64,000 nt of DNA. Origin: an uncultured Stakelama sp. Its GTDB lineage: Bacteria; Pseudomonadota; Alphaproteobacteria; Sphingomonadales; Sphingomonadaceae. The notes below the pieces were generated by a model. The model made no database searches and was not told the origin of the DNA. It was given only the letters and a program-made list of their open reading frames with translations. Below, piece by piece: positions 10,154 through 19,689 of the stretch. Each line of letters starts with the position of its first letter. Positions within the stretch are counted from its first letter, which is position 1. Both the position numbers and the translations under genes were made by a program. The stretch spans positions 15,603-79,602 of the forward strand of contig CAYPRW010000006.1 of NCBI GenBank assembly GCA_964413495.1, given 5' to 3'.

Positions 10154-10332
10154 GAACGGCTTTTCGATGTGATTGAGCGCCCAGGCGCACGATCCCTATC
10201 GCATATCATGGTTAAATTCCCGCTCCCATCCGGGCTTCCGCGCCGCCCGCACGAAAAAACTTTCCTACATCGATGGAACAAAACTAGAACATTGACGCCG
10301 AAGCATCCCGGCGGCAGGAAAGGATCCATGCG

Positions 10333-10593
10333 ATGACCGACACATTTTCCCACAATTACGATTCGCCGATTTCACCGGCGCGACGTTGTTTCGAGATCAC
10401 GCCGCATGACGGCAATGCCCTGCCCTTTGTGACCAAGGCGTTGCGCGCGGGCGGCAACGGCACCATCACCTTGCGGGCCATCGACGGCGAAGCCGATGTG
10501 GCGCACCCGGTCAAGGACGGCGAGCGGATCGACGTCCGGGCAACCCATGTCCGTCAGACCGGCACCACCGTTTCCGTGATCGGATATGCATGA
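10333..10593 (+). CDS. Head-spike base protein, Rcc01079 (RcGTA GhsA)-like
   Basis: 86 aa; D.F...S.ISPARRCFEITPHD...L...KALR.G..GTITLR...GE.IDVRA..V..TGTT..V.GY matches my recollection of this family in length and pattern. Confidence 0.75.
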   Translation: MTDTFSHNYDSPISPARRCFEITPHDGNALPFVTKALRAGGNGTITLRAIDGEADVAHPVKDGERIDVRATHVRQTGTTVSVIGYA

Positions 10594-12923
10594 TGTACGG
10601 CTTTTCGATCGGATTCGCGCAGGCCCGGCGGCTGGCCGGACCTGCGCCAACCCCCACCCCCGGTCCGGTTCAATCGGCGTCGATCGAGGCGGATGGGACG
10701 GTGCTGGCGCTTGTCCTCAACGGAGTGGGCGCGGGCAGTTGGACCGGCTATGGCGTCAACGCGCCGACCGATACGATGCCGGGCGTGGCGTTGGCCACCA
10801 CCACTGCCGGGTTCGACCGCAGCGGCGGCCAGGCAGTGGCCAATGCTGCGCGCGCACGGCCGCTGATCGCGCTCAAGCCATGCCGCAAGACCCCGATCGT
10901 GCCGAGCGCGATCGGCGTGCCGAACAGCGCACTGCTGGATGAAGTGGATAACGGCAACGGCACGCGCACGGTGCGGCTGCGCCTGTCGCGCTATGTCTAT
11001 CAGGGCGACGGCTGCACGCTCTCGCTCGGCGTGGGCTGGCGCGCGGGGGCAAGCGCACAGAGTGGCATCGCGGTGACCAACGGATCGACGCGAACCGCAG
11101 CGCCAGTGGTCGGCGGACGCTGGCTGACCGTGCCCAAGCAGCGCGTGACGGGCAGCTTCCGCGTCGATGTGATGGCCGGCAGCGTCAATCCCGAGGGCAG
11201 GAGCGGCCTGGCGGCGGTCAAGTTCGAGGTAACCGACGGCACCACGACCAAGACGGTGTGGGCCGCGGCGCCATCGACCAGCACCGCCCATGGCGATGCC
11301 GTGCGCTGCTGGGGCGCGGACATCGATCCCTCAGGGCTCAACGCCGGGCTCATCACGGTGCACAAGACGCTCTATCCCTGGGTAGGACCTTCGCGCAGCT
11401 CGGGCAGCGGGCAGAGCAGCGCGGCGGGCAGCTTCGTCAACGCTGCCGATGCGCCGTTGGTCATGGCCTATGACCCGGCCGGTACGCGCTATGCCCCCGC
11501 CTATGTCATGTGCGATCCGGTGAACGGCACGCTGACCGCCTCGGCCGCGATGGTGCAGTCGAGCCTTGCCGCCGCCAAGGCGGTGGCGGGCGCGAGCAAG
11601 CCCGCTTCGGTGTCGACCGCGGTGCAGGCGATCTATCTCGCCAATCGTGCCGCGACGGCGGCGAACGGGCAAGCGGCGCTGACCCGCATGGCCGACAATG
11701 CGATCATCGTGGTGCCGGCGGGCGTGACGCCTGAAGCCGGCACGTCGATCACCACGGGATTGACCGCGACCGAATGCTGGCCGCTGGTGATCGGCGACCC
11801 GGACGACGCCAATCCGCGCGCCAATTGCATCGTGTCGGCCCCGGCCACCTCGATCAACTGGCGCATGACGCATCTGGCGTTTCAGAACCTCACCTTGCGC
11901 CTGGGCGCGGCGGTGGTCGCGCCGGTCAACGGCTGGGTCCATAATGTGCAGGTCGAGGCGGCAAGCGGATCGGAATCCACCGCCGCTTTCCTATCCACCT
12001 CGTCCGCCAGCTGGTGCTATGCCACGTCGAGCGCGATCGGTTCGACACTCACCGTCGTGAGCTTCGCGCAGGCGGGGACGGGCAACCGCTTCGCGCTGGT
12101 GCGCAGTTGCACCTCGCCGCGCGGCATCACGGCGCTGGCCATCGTCAACTGCACGGGCAAAGCGTTCGGCGGCTGGGCGAATATCGGCGACGCCGACAGC
12201 CAGGCCGATTGGACGTGCGTGCAGAATTCGGCGCTGGCCGCAACCGGGGCATGCCTGTCCTGGCCGTTCTTCAATACCGGCAGCTATAACCAATGCGTCC
12301 GGCCGCTGGTGGTCAACCTGCTGATGGAGCGTGTCGGCACCGGCGGGCTGCCGTTCTGTCAACAGGGCGAAAACGCCCTTGAGCGGTTCACGCATGGCGT
12401 TCTGGAAGGTATTTCGGCCATCGGCCAGCGTTGCAACATATTCTACAACGATCCGCTCGACCTCACCTCGCACAATGCGCATGTCGATTGCCGGGTGGCG
12501 AACTGTTTCTTCGACTGGATGCCGACCAAGCAGGACGATTTCGCCGATGACGGCAATCCGTCGAACGATGGCGCGCCCAATTATCGCTATCGCCCGTGGC
12601 TGACCGACAATCTGTGGTTCCAGGACGGCACCAATTGCGAGGGCAATGTCCATGCCCGGCGCGTCGGATCGGGCGACTTCGCACCGCATGGCTTCGGACG
12701 GGGCGCGGTGGTCAATCCCTCCACTTCCGCGAGCCAGGGCAATGCGTGGACGAAGTTCACCGACGACCGGTCGGCGCTGGGCGCGGATGGCGGCGGCGGC
12801 GACTATCGCCCGGCCGGCGGATCGCCGCTGATCGGGACCGCCAGCATCGCCAACCTTGACGTGGACCGCGCCGGCGTGGCGCGCGGGACGACGTTCGCCG
12901 CCGGCGCATTTGAGACGGCGTGA
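10590..12923 (+). CDS. Putative head-spike fibre / carbohydrate-binding protein (positional equivalent of Rcc01080), 777 aa
   Basis: ATGA overlap with spike base; short MMYGFSIGF N-peptide then PAPTPTP linker; Ala/Gly/Thr-rich beta content; C-terminal DYRPAGGSPLIG...D.AG..R...AGAFE. Confidence 0.6.
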   Translation: MMYGFSIGFAQARRLAGPAPTPTPGPVQSASIEADGTVLALVLNGVGAGSWTGYGVNAPTDTMPGVALATTTAGFDRSGGQAVANAARARPLIALKPCRKTPIVPSAIGVPNSALLDEVDNGNGTRTVRLRLSRYVYQGDGCTLSLGVGWRAGASAQSGIAVTNGSTRTAAPVVGGRWLTVPKQRVTGSFRVDVMAGSVNPEGRSGLAAVKFEVTDGTTTKTVWAAAPSTSTAHGDAVRCWGADIDPSGLNAGLITVHKTLYPWVGPSRSSGSGQSSAAGSFVNAADAPLVMAYDPAGTRYAPAYVMCDPVNGTLTASAAMVQSSLAAAKAVAGASKPASVSTAVQAIYLANRAATAANGQAALTRMADNAIIVVPAGVTPEAGTSITTGLTATECWPLVIGDPDDANPRANCIVSAPATSINWRMTHLAFQNLTLRLGAAVVAPVNGWVHNVQVEAASGSESTAAFLSTSSASWCYATSSAIGSTLTVVSFAQAGTGNRFALVRSCTSPRGITALAIVNCTGKAFGGWANIGDADSQADWTCVQNSALAATGACLSWPFFNTGSYNQCVRPLVVNLLMERVGTGGLPFCQQGENALERFTHGVLEGISAIGQRCNIFYNDPLDLTSHNAHVDCRVANCFFDWMPTKQDDFADDGNPSNDGAPNYRYRPWLTDNLWFQDGTNCEGNVHARRVGSGDFAPHGFGRGAVVNPSTSASQGNAWTKFTDDRSALGADGGGGDYRPAGGSPLIGTASIANLDVDRAGVARGTTFAAGAFETA

Positions 12924-12927
12924 AGAA

Positions 12928-12982
12928 CGCGGTGGGGCCGGCCCTGAAGTCGAATCCAGAAAAACGAACCGGCCCTACCGCG
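12928..12982 (+). terminator. Inverted repeat downstream of the fibre gene
   Basis: CGCGGTGGGGCCGG ... CCGGCCCTACCGCG with one G-U pair, long loop, short T run. Confidence 0.4.
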
Positions 12983-13191
12983 CCTTTGCAGATTGCCGAT
13001 GCGGGAACTTCTGACAAATTGCCCCGCCCGGCACAGAATGATCCATTTCCGATCCAGTGCAGCGTACGGCGATCCCGGCATTTGCCGCAACTGCGAACAT
13101 TGCCGTTTGGCGCCCCCCCGCCTAAGGCATTGCTGGATTGGATAAGGCGGGGCGCTCGATCCGCGGTCGCCGGCACTGTCAGGGGTGATCC

Positions 13192-13824
13192 GTGATCGGA
13201 CTTGCAAAAAGCCTTATCGAACGCGGCAGATTGTGGCGGTGGCGGCGCGATCCCTTTGAGAATCGCGAGCTGCGGCGATGGTTTCTCGAACGGCATCGGA
13301 TCGATGTCGGCCTGTACAGCTATGGCTGTTTCGATCCGTGGCGGATGCCCGGCCCGCTGGTGATCGGCCGTTATTGCTCGATCGCGAAGACGGTGCGCTC
13401 GGCCCCGATCAATCATCCGTTCGAGGCCCTCTCGACCCATCCCGCGCTGTACGAGCGCAAGTTCGGGGTCGTGCCCGACGACATCCGTTATGACGATCCG
13501 CAAGTGATCGAGGACGATGTGTGGATCGGCCACAATGCCGTCATCCTGCCGTCGTGCCGCCGGATCGGGCGGGGCGCGATCGTCGGCGCGGGCGCGATCG
13601 TCACGCGCGATGTGCCGCGCTATACGATCGTGGCCGGCAATCCGGCCAAGGTGCTGCGCGAGCGTTTTTCCACCGAACTGCAGGCGGCGCTGGAGGCGAG
13701 TCGCTGGTGGACGCTCGACCTGGCCGGCTTGCGCGAGCTGGTGCGGGCGAATCCCGATCTGGTGTTCCACCCCACGACGGCGCGGGTGCGCGACGGGTTC
13801 GGCCTGGCGGAAGCCGCCGGCTGA
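13192..13824 (+). CDS. CatB/Vat-like hexapeptide-repeat O-acetyltransferase
   Basis: [54 protein letters not shown]. Confidence 0.9.
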   Translation: MIGLAKSLIERGRLWRWRRDPFENRELRRWFLERHRIDVGLYSYGCFDPWRMPGPLVIGRYCSIAKTVRSAPINHPFEALSTHPALYERKFGVVPDDIRYDDPQVIEDDVWIGHNAVILPSCRRIGRGAIVGAGAIVTRDVPRYTIVAGNPAKVLRERFSTELQAALEASRWWTLDLAGLRELVRANPDLVFHPTTARVRDGFGLAEAAG

Positions 13825-14693
13825 TGCCCGAAATCTCCGTCATCGTCCCGCATTATGCCGATCTCGAACGGCTCGACCGCTGCCTGGCGGCGCTGACAGC
13901 GCAGACGGTGCCGGCGGCGCGTTACGAGATCGTTGTCGCCGACAATATGAGTCCGGCCGGCGAGGCGGCGGTGGAACGGACGATTGCCGGACGCGCGCGG
14001 CTGGTGCTGGCGGCCGAAAAGGGCGCCGGCCCGGCGCGCAACGCCGGGGTGGCCGCGTCCGGCGGCCGCCTGCTCGCCTTTACCGACGCCGATTGCCTGC
14101 CCGAGCCGGAATGGCTGGCCGCCGGGATCGCCGCGCTCGACCGTTGCGACTTCGCCGGCGGGCGGATGGTGGTCATCGCCGAGCATGACGGGCCGCGCAG
14201 CGGCGCGGAGGCGTTCGAGACGGTGTTCGCGTTCGACAATGAAAGCTATGTCCGCGACAAGGGTTTCACCGTCACCGCCAACCTGTTCTGCCCGCGCGCG
14301 GTGTTCGACCGGGTGGGACCGTTCCAGACCGGCGTGTCCGAGGATTATGACTGGTGCCTGCGCGCGCGCGCCGCGGGCTTTCGCATCGGCTATGCCGAAA
14401 ATGCGGTCGCGGGGCACCCTCCCCGCGCCGACTGGCCGGCACTGCGCAGGAAATGGCTGCGGCTGAATGCCGAGATGTTCGAGCTGGCGCTGCAGCGCCC
14501 CGGCGGCCATTGGCGCTGGCTGGCGCACACGCTGGCGCTGCCGCTGTCGGTGCCGGTCCATGCCCCGCGCGTGCTGCGCAGCCCGCGGCTGGCCGATCGC
14601 GGCGAGCGGCTGCGCGGCCTTGCCACATTGGCGCGATTGCGGCTGTGGCGCGTCGCGGACGGGCTGTGGCGCGCGGCCGGATGGCGCAGATGA
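13824..14693 (+). CDS. Glycosyltransferase family 2
   Basis: [37 protein letters not shown] overlap. Confidence 0.9.
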   Translation: MPEISVIVPHYADLERLDRCLAALTAQTVPAARYEIVVADNMSPAGEAAVERTIAGRARLVLAAEKGAGPARNAGVAASGGRLLAFTDADCLPEPEWLAAGIAALDRCDFAGGRMVVIAEHDGPRSGAEAFETVFAFDNESYVRDKGFTVTANLFCPRAVFDRVGPFQTGVSEDYDWCLRARAAGFRIGYAENAVAGHPPRADWPALRRKWLRLNAEMFELALQRPGGHWRWLAHTLALPLSVPVHAPRVLRSPRLADRGERLRGLATLARLRLWRVADGLWRAAGWRR

Positions 14694-15676
14694 CCGGCAG
14701 CGCGCCCGTCAGTGTTATCGTCCCCGCCTATAATGCGGCATGCTGGATCGAGGCGACGCTGGCAAGCGTCGCCGCGCAGACCCATCGCGCGCTCGAGGTG
14801 ATCGTCGTTGACGACGGATCGAGCGATGCGACGGTCGCGATCGCGGAAACCTTTGCCCGTCGCGATCCGCGCTTCCGGGTGGTGCGGCAGGCCAATGCCG
14901 GGGTGGCGGCAGCGCGCAACCACGGCGCGTCGCTGGCGCGTTCGGACCTGCTCGCCTTTGTCGACGCCGACGATCTGTGGACCCCCGACAAGATCGAGCG
15001 GCAGCTGGCGGCGCTGGCGGCCGCCGGTCCGGAAGCGGGGCTGTGCTATAGCTGGTATGTGATGATCGACGGCACCGATACCGTCATCTATCGCGAACCG
15101 GGCCGCGCGATCGCCGGGCGGGTGCTCGACACGCTGTTCGTCGAGAATTTCGTCGGCAACGGCAGCGCGGCGCTGGTCCGGCGGGCGGCGTTCGACCGCG
15201 CCGGCGGGTTCGAGCCGGCGCTGCGCAACGCCGGCGCGCAGGGGTGCGAGGACATCCTGTTCTATTGCCGGGTCGCCGAGCATTTCGAGTTCGCGCTCGC
15301 GCCGGATTATCACATCGGCTATCGTCAGCTGCCCGACAACATGTCGAGCGACCTTGCCCGCATGCTGCGATCCTGGTTCATGGTGGTCGACGAGATGGCG
15401 GCGCGGCATCCGGACAAGCGCGCGCTGCTCAACGTCGGCGTGCGGCGCTATGCCCGCTGGGTGGTCCGGCGGGCCGTGCATCGCAAGCGGCCGGGCGCGC
15501 TGTTGAAATTGCTGGCGCTGCTGGCGCGGCGCGATCCGCGGCTCGCGCTGCGCATGGGGCTGGTCGAGGCGCCCAAGACCCTGTTCGAACCGCTGCGCCG
15601 ACGCCCCGCCCCGGCCGATGTGGCGGCGCCGGCGATGGACGATGCGTTGGCGTACGGCCGCCGGTTCAACGGCTAG
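14690..15676 (+). CDS. Glycosyltransferase family 2 (paralogue of 878..1909)
   Basis: VSVIVPAYNA, VVDDGSSD, FVDADDLW, NFVGNGS, GCED; ATGA overlap. Confidence 0.92.
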   Translation: MTGSAPVSVIVPAYNAACWIEATLASVAAQTHRALEVIVVDDGSSDATVAIAETFARRDPRFRVVRQANAGVAAARNHGASLARSDLLAFVDADDLWTPDKIERQLAALAAAGPEAGLCYSWYVMIDGTDTVIYREPGRAIAGRVLDTLFVENFVGNGSAALVRRAAFDRAGGFEPALRNAGAQGCEDILFYCRVAEHFEFALAPDYHIGYRQLPDNMSSDLARMLRSWFMVVDEMAARHPDKRALLNVGVRRYARWVVRRAVHRKRPGALLKLLALLARRDPRLALRMGLVEAPKTLFEPLRRRPAPADVAAPAMDDALAYGRRFNG

Positions 15677-15682
15677 GTCGTA

Positions 15683-15747
15683 TCGACATTCGGTTCGGGT
15701 GACGCCCGAAAGGCGCCCGTTGCAGGCCGGGAGGGGCTGAATGTCGA
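15683..15747. terminator. Stem-loop between convergent genes
   Basis: TCGACATTCGGTTC pairs with GGGCTGAATGTCGA (3 G-U) around an inner CGCC-CGAAA-GGCG hairpin. Confidence 0.35.
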
Positions 15748-15770
15748 CCCGCCCCTGGCATCGCGCCGCC

Positions 15771-18700
15771 CTATCGTCCGGCAAGCAGCGCAGCGAAGCG
15801 CGTGAGGTCGATGCCGCCCATGACCTCGCGCCGGAACAACACCATCGGATCGGCGCAATCGGAAATGCGCCCGTCCAGGCAGGTGAAGCCGAACTGATAC
15901 CCGACGTCCTCGGCTGCCTGACGGATCAGCGGGTCGAACGCGCCATAGGGATAGGCGATACTCGTGACCGGCTGACCCAATTCCCGCTCAAGGCGGAAGC
16001 GGCTGCCCGCCAGTTCGCGGATGACGGTTTCGGGATCCAGTGCCGGAAGCGGGCGGTGGGTGACGCCATGCGCACAGATCGCGACGTCGCAATGGCGCAG
16101 CGCGCGGAGCTGATCCCAGTCGAGCAACGCTGCCGGATCGCCATGCGCCGCATCCCATTGCGCCACACCGCCAACATGGTCGGTCGGGACGAACAGCGTC
16201 GCGGGATATCCATGGCGGTGCAGCAGCGGCAGCGCGAAATTCAGGAAATCGCGCGTCGCATCGTCAAAGGTGAGCATCACGCTGCGATCCGGCAACGCCC
16301 GGCCATGATGCAATGCCTCCACCAGCCGATCGAGCGAGATGCCCTGCCATCCGCCGTCGCGCAGATGGCGCAGCTGCGCCTCGAACGCCGCCGGCGTGGT
16401 CCGCCAGCGGGCGAGCGTCGCCGGTCCGTCGTCGGCGATGCGGTGGTACATCAGGATCGGAAAATCATGCCATGCCGCGGCGACCGGCGCTTCGCTGCCG
16501 CCGCGCCATTTGACCTGGCTGGCGACCCGTTCGGGCAGGATCGGCGCGGCGTCGGCCACGATATGCATCGCCAGCGGCGCGGTTTCGGGCGCGGCCTTGC
16601 GAAAGCGCAGGATACGATACAGCGGCGTCCACAATTCGGTCTCGAGCGCAAAGCCGCCATGGTCGGCGATGATCGATCCGATCCCCTTGGCGCCGAAATG
16701 ATGCGGCCAGCCGAACCCGGTGCGGTCCGGTTCGTCGACCAGCAGGTTGGCGTGCGCCGTCAGGAAGATACCGCCCAGCCTCAGATGCCGCGCAACCTTG
16801 GCGACGAACGCCTGCATCGCCGCCGGATCAAGATAATAGAGCACCTCGCTGGCGACGATCAGGTCATAGCTGCCCGGCGGCTCCTCGGTCAGCAGATCCA
16901 GGCGCTGGAAGCTGCAATTGGAAAGGTCGGCACAGGCCTGGGCGGCACGCGCGACCGCGGTGGGGGCGATATCGGTGGCCAGCACCTGCCCGGCATGCGC
17001 GGCGAGGCGGCGCGTGAACTCGCCCTCGGCACAGGCGATTTCCAGCGCCGTACCGATTTCGGCATCGCGGATCAGGTCCAGCGTCTGCTCGTATTTCAGC
17101 GTCTCGTAATCGTTGCGATAGCCCCATGGATCGACGCGGGCGAACACGCCTTCCCAATAATCCTCACGCGCATAATCGGGTTCGACCCAGGGCGCGGCTC
17201 GATCGGGTTCGTCCGCGACCTGCGCCGGCATCGCCAGGGCGCGCTCCTCCGCCACGATTCGCGCCAGCCGCGTGTCGGCATCCAGGCCGGCGGGCCCGTC
17301 GGGCGCGGCGCGCATGAACAGATCGCTCACATCCTCATGCGGCAATCTGGCGTGACGGTGGACATTGGGCTGCCGTGCCGAACGCACCAGCCGGGCATAT
17401 TGCTTCAGCGCCTGGAACAACGGCAGCCCCAGCGCGAACGGCCCGCGCCGCACCATCGCGCGGACCAGGTCGCCGCGCAACACCGCCGTATCGGGCAGCG
17501 TCCGCGCCATCGCGAGCTGCCGACTGGCGGACAGCGCGCCGAACGCGAACTGCGTACCCATGTCCGCCAGCGGCTTCCCGTCGACAACGACCGTCGCATG
17601 GACGCGGCGGACGCCCGGCAACGTCCGGTCGCGCATCAGCCCGGCGACATCGACCGCGACCTTGGCCAGGCCGCCGATCCGGGCTTCCCAGCCCGGCGGG
17701 ACCGTAGCTGCCACCTCGTCCTCCAGCGCGCGGCCGATCTGATCGGCCAGGACCGACGATCCGGCGCGCGCGCCCAGATGGCGGCACAGGGCGGACGCCC
17801 CGGCCGCGAATTCGGGCCATCGCGCGTGCAGCGGGGCCCCGGCCGGCCCTGCGCCGATCGCCAGCCCGTCCTCGATCAGCGCGGCGAGCACGGGGGGATC
17901 GAAATCCGCCGGCGCGGGAAGCCCGGCCTGTTCGAGCAGCATGACGGGATCGCCGCCGCGCCCCAGTGCCGCGGCGGCGACCCAGATGGCAAAGCGCCAC
18001 ACCGCCGCGGCAAACGCATCGGCGGGAACGCCATGCACGAACGCGACATCGGCCGGCAGCCGGCGATCGGCGGCATGGCCGCGGCGCATGACGGCCATCC
18101 CGTCGGCAAGATGCCGTGCGCTGTCGCTGGACAGCGAACCGGGCTCGACATGGACGTCGACGGTCAGGTCGGGGACAGCGGCAAAGGCGACGCCGATCCG
18201 GGCCAGGCGCTGCCACAGGTCCCAATCCTCGGCGATGCGCAGCGCCGGATCGAATCCGCCCGCTGCCGCGATGTCGCTGCGCCGCGTCAACGCCGCATGG
18301 ATCGCGAACGGGCAGGTTCGCGCCGTCTCGCGCATCGGATCGGCGATCGGCCGGGCGGGATGGCGTGCCCGCCATGGCTTGCCCGCGGCCACGCGCTGCC
18401 AGCCGCAATGCAGCAGCCCCGCGTCCGGCGCCCCGGCGGCCGCGTCCAGCATGGCGGCAAGATGCCCGGGCCGCAGCGTGTCGTCGGCATCCAGAAACAC
18501 GATCCATTCGCCTTGCGCCACGGCAAGGCCCGCATTGCGCGCTGCGGAGACCCCGCGCTGCTGCTGGCAAACAAGGCGGATCCGCGGATCGTCCTTGCCA
18601 TGCGCCCGCGCGATGCGGGGCGAACGGTCGGACGAGCCATCGTCGATGACGATCGCCTCCCAGCCGCGAAACGTCTGCGCGCGCAGGCTGGCCAGCGTCC

Positions 18701-18776
18701 GGTCGAGCGTCATGGCCGCATTGTGCGCCGGGACGATCACCGAAATGACGGTCAATTGTTCCTCATCCACCGACAT
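15771..18776 (-). CDS. Trifunctional GT2 / NodS-like SAM methyltransferase / polysaccharide deacetylase
   Basis: N: SVIVPAHN, FLDADD, AEDWDLW; middle: DPWGY, LEIACAEGEFT, DLIVASEVLYY; C: ILMYHRI, LTFDD, AHGVTH, IAYPYG. Confidence 0.9.
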   Translation of the reverse strand: MSVDEEQLTVISVIVPAHNAAMTLDRTLASLRAQTFRGWEAIVIDDGSSDRSPRIARAHGKDDPRIRLVCQQQRGVSAARNAGLAVAQGEWIVFLDADDTLRPGHLAAMLDAAAGAPDAGLLHCGWQRVAAGKPWRARHPARPIADPMRETARTCPFAIHAALTRRSDIAAAGGFDPALRIAEDWDLWQRLARIGVAFAAVPDLTVDVHVEPGSLSSDSARHLADGMAVMRRGHAADRRLPADVAFVHGVPADAFAAAVWRFAIWVAAAALGRGGDPVMLLEQAGLPAPADFDPPVLAALIEDGLAIGAGPAGAPLHARWPEFAAGASALCRHLGARAGSSVLADQIGRALEDEVAATVPPGWEARIGGLAKVAVDVAGLMRDRTLPGVRRVHATVVVDGKPLADMGTQFAFGALSASRQLAMARTLPDTAVLRGDLVRAMVRRGPFALGLPLFQALKQYARLVRSARQPNVHRHARLPHEDVSDLFMRAAPDGPAGLDADTRLARIVAEERALAMPAQVADEPDRAAPWVEPDYAREDYWEGVFARVDPWGYRNDYETLKYEQTLDLIRDAEIGTALEIACAEGEFTRRLAAHAGQVLATDIAPTAVARAAQACADLSNCSFQRLDLLTEEPPGSYDLIVASEVLYYLDPAAMQAFVAKVARHLRLGGIFLTAHANLLVDEPDRTGFGWPHHFGAKGIGSIIADHGGFALETELWTPLYRILRFRKAAPETAPLAMHIVADAAPILPERVASQVKWRGGSEAPVAAAWHDFPILMYHRIADDGPATLARWRTTPAAFEAQLRHLRDGGWQGISLDRLVEALHHGRALPDRSVMLTFDDATRDFLNFALPLLHRHGYPATLFVPTDHVGGVAQWDAAHGDPAALLDWDQLRALRHCDVAICAHGVTHRPLPALDPETVIRELAGSRFRLERELGQPVTSIAYPYGAFDPLIRQAAEDVGYQFGFTCLDGRISDCADPMVLFRREVMGGIDLTRFAALLAGR

Positions 18777-18915
18777 CTGGTCCGATTTCTCCCGATCGCG
18801 CCGGATCATCTTGCAGCGGATCGCCGGCACAAGCGATAACCACGAAATACGTTGCACTGCGGCAATGCGACAGGCATGCAACATCCGAAGCGTGGAGGCC
18901 AGCCGGATCGACAAG

Positions 18916-19689
18916 ATGCATGCGGCATTGCGGTATCAATACTGGCGCGATCTGCTGATCGAACTCGTCGCGCGCGATCTGAAGGTCAGATATCAAAGAT
19001 CGTTCATCGGCATTGGCTGGTCGCTGATGAAGCCGCTGATGCAGCTTGCCGTCTTTTCGTTCGTATTCGGCCAGATCCTGCCGCTGAATATCGAACATTA
19101 CACCACCTTCGTCTTTGCCGGCGTGCTCATCTGGAGCTGGTTCAGCGCGGCGCTGGGTGCGGGGACGATCGCCGTCTCGGGCAGCAGGGAACTGGTCCGC
19201 CGCCCCGGCTTTCCGGTCAAGCTGCTGCCGATGCTGGCGGTGCTGGGCCAGGGCGTCCATTTCGTCCTCGCGCTGCCGCTGCTGCTGATCTGCGCGATGA
19301 TCGACGTCGGCACGCCGGGTGCGCCGCTGCTCGCGCTGCCGGCGATGGTGCTGCTGCAATTGCTGCTGACCATGGGGCTGGTCTATTTCCTGGCGGCCGC
19401 CCATGTCTATTTTCGCGATACCGAACATCTGGTCGCATTGGTGCTGTCGATCGCCTTCTATGTGACGCCGGTTTTCTACCGCCCGCTCCAGCGCGCGCAC
19501 GATTTCGCCTTTCTCAACACCTGGAATCCGATGGCCTGGCTGCTCGAGGGGTATCGCGCCATCCTGGTCCATGGACAGTGGCCGCCGCTCGACACGATGG
19601 GCAAGACCCTGGCGTTCGGGCTGGTGATGCTGACGGCCGGCCTGTGGTGGTTCGCACGCCTCAGCACGCGGTTCGACGAGGAGCTGTGA
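18916..19689 (+). CDS. wzm: ABC-2 polysaccharide exporter permease
   Basis: RDLKVRYQRSFIGIGWSLMKPL, YFRD.EH, FYVTPVFY, WNP. Confidence 0.92.
   Translation: MHAALRYQYWRDLLIELVARDLKVRYQRSFIGIGWSLMKPLMQLAVFSFVFGQILPLNIEHYTTFVFAGVLIWSWFSAALGAGTIAVSGSRELVRRPGFPVKLLPMLAVLGQGVHFVLALPLLLICAMIDVGTPGAPLLALPAMVLLQLLLTMGLVYFLAAAHVYFRDTEHLVALVLSIAFYVTPVFYRPLQRAHDFAFLNTWNPMAWLLEGYRAILVHGQWPPLDTMGKTLAFGLVMLTAGLWWFARLSTRFDEEL

Noticed and set aside
10333..12923. Prophage remnant
   Set aside because: No integrase, capsid, tail or lysis genes nearby; both ORFs are intact and coupled
13192..13824. Chloramphenicol/streptogramin resistance genes (also 45035..45793)
   Set aside because: Located in glycosyltransferase operons, so sugar O-acetylation is more likely
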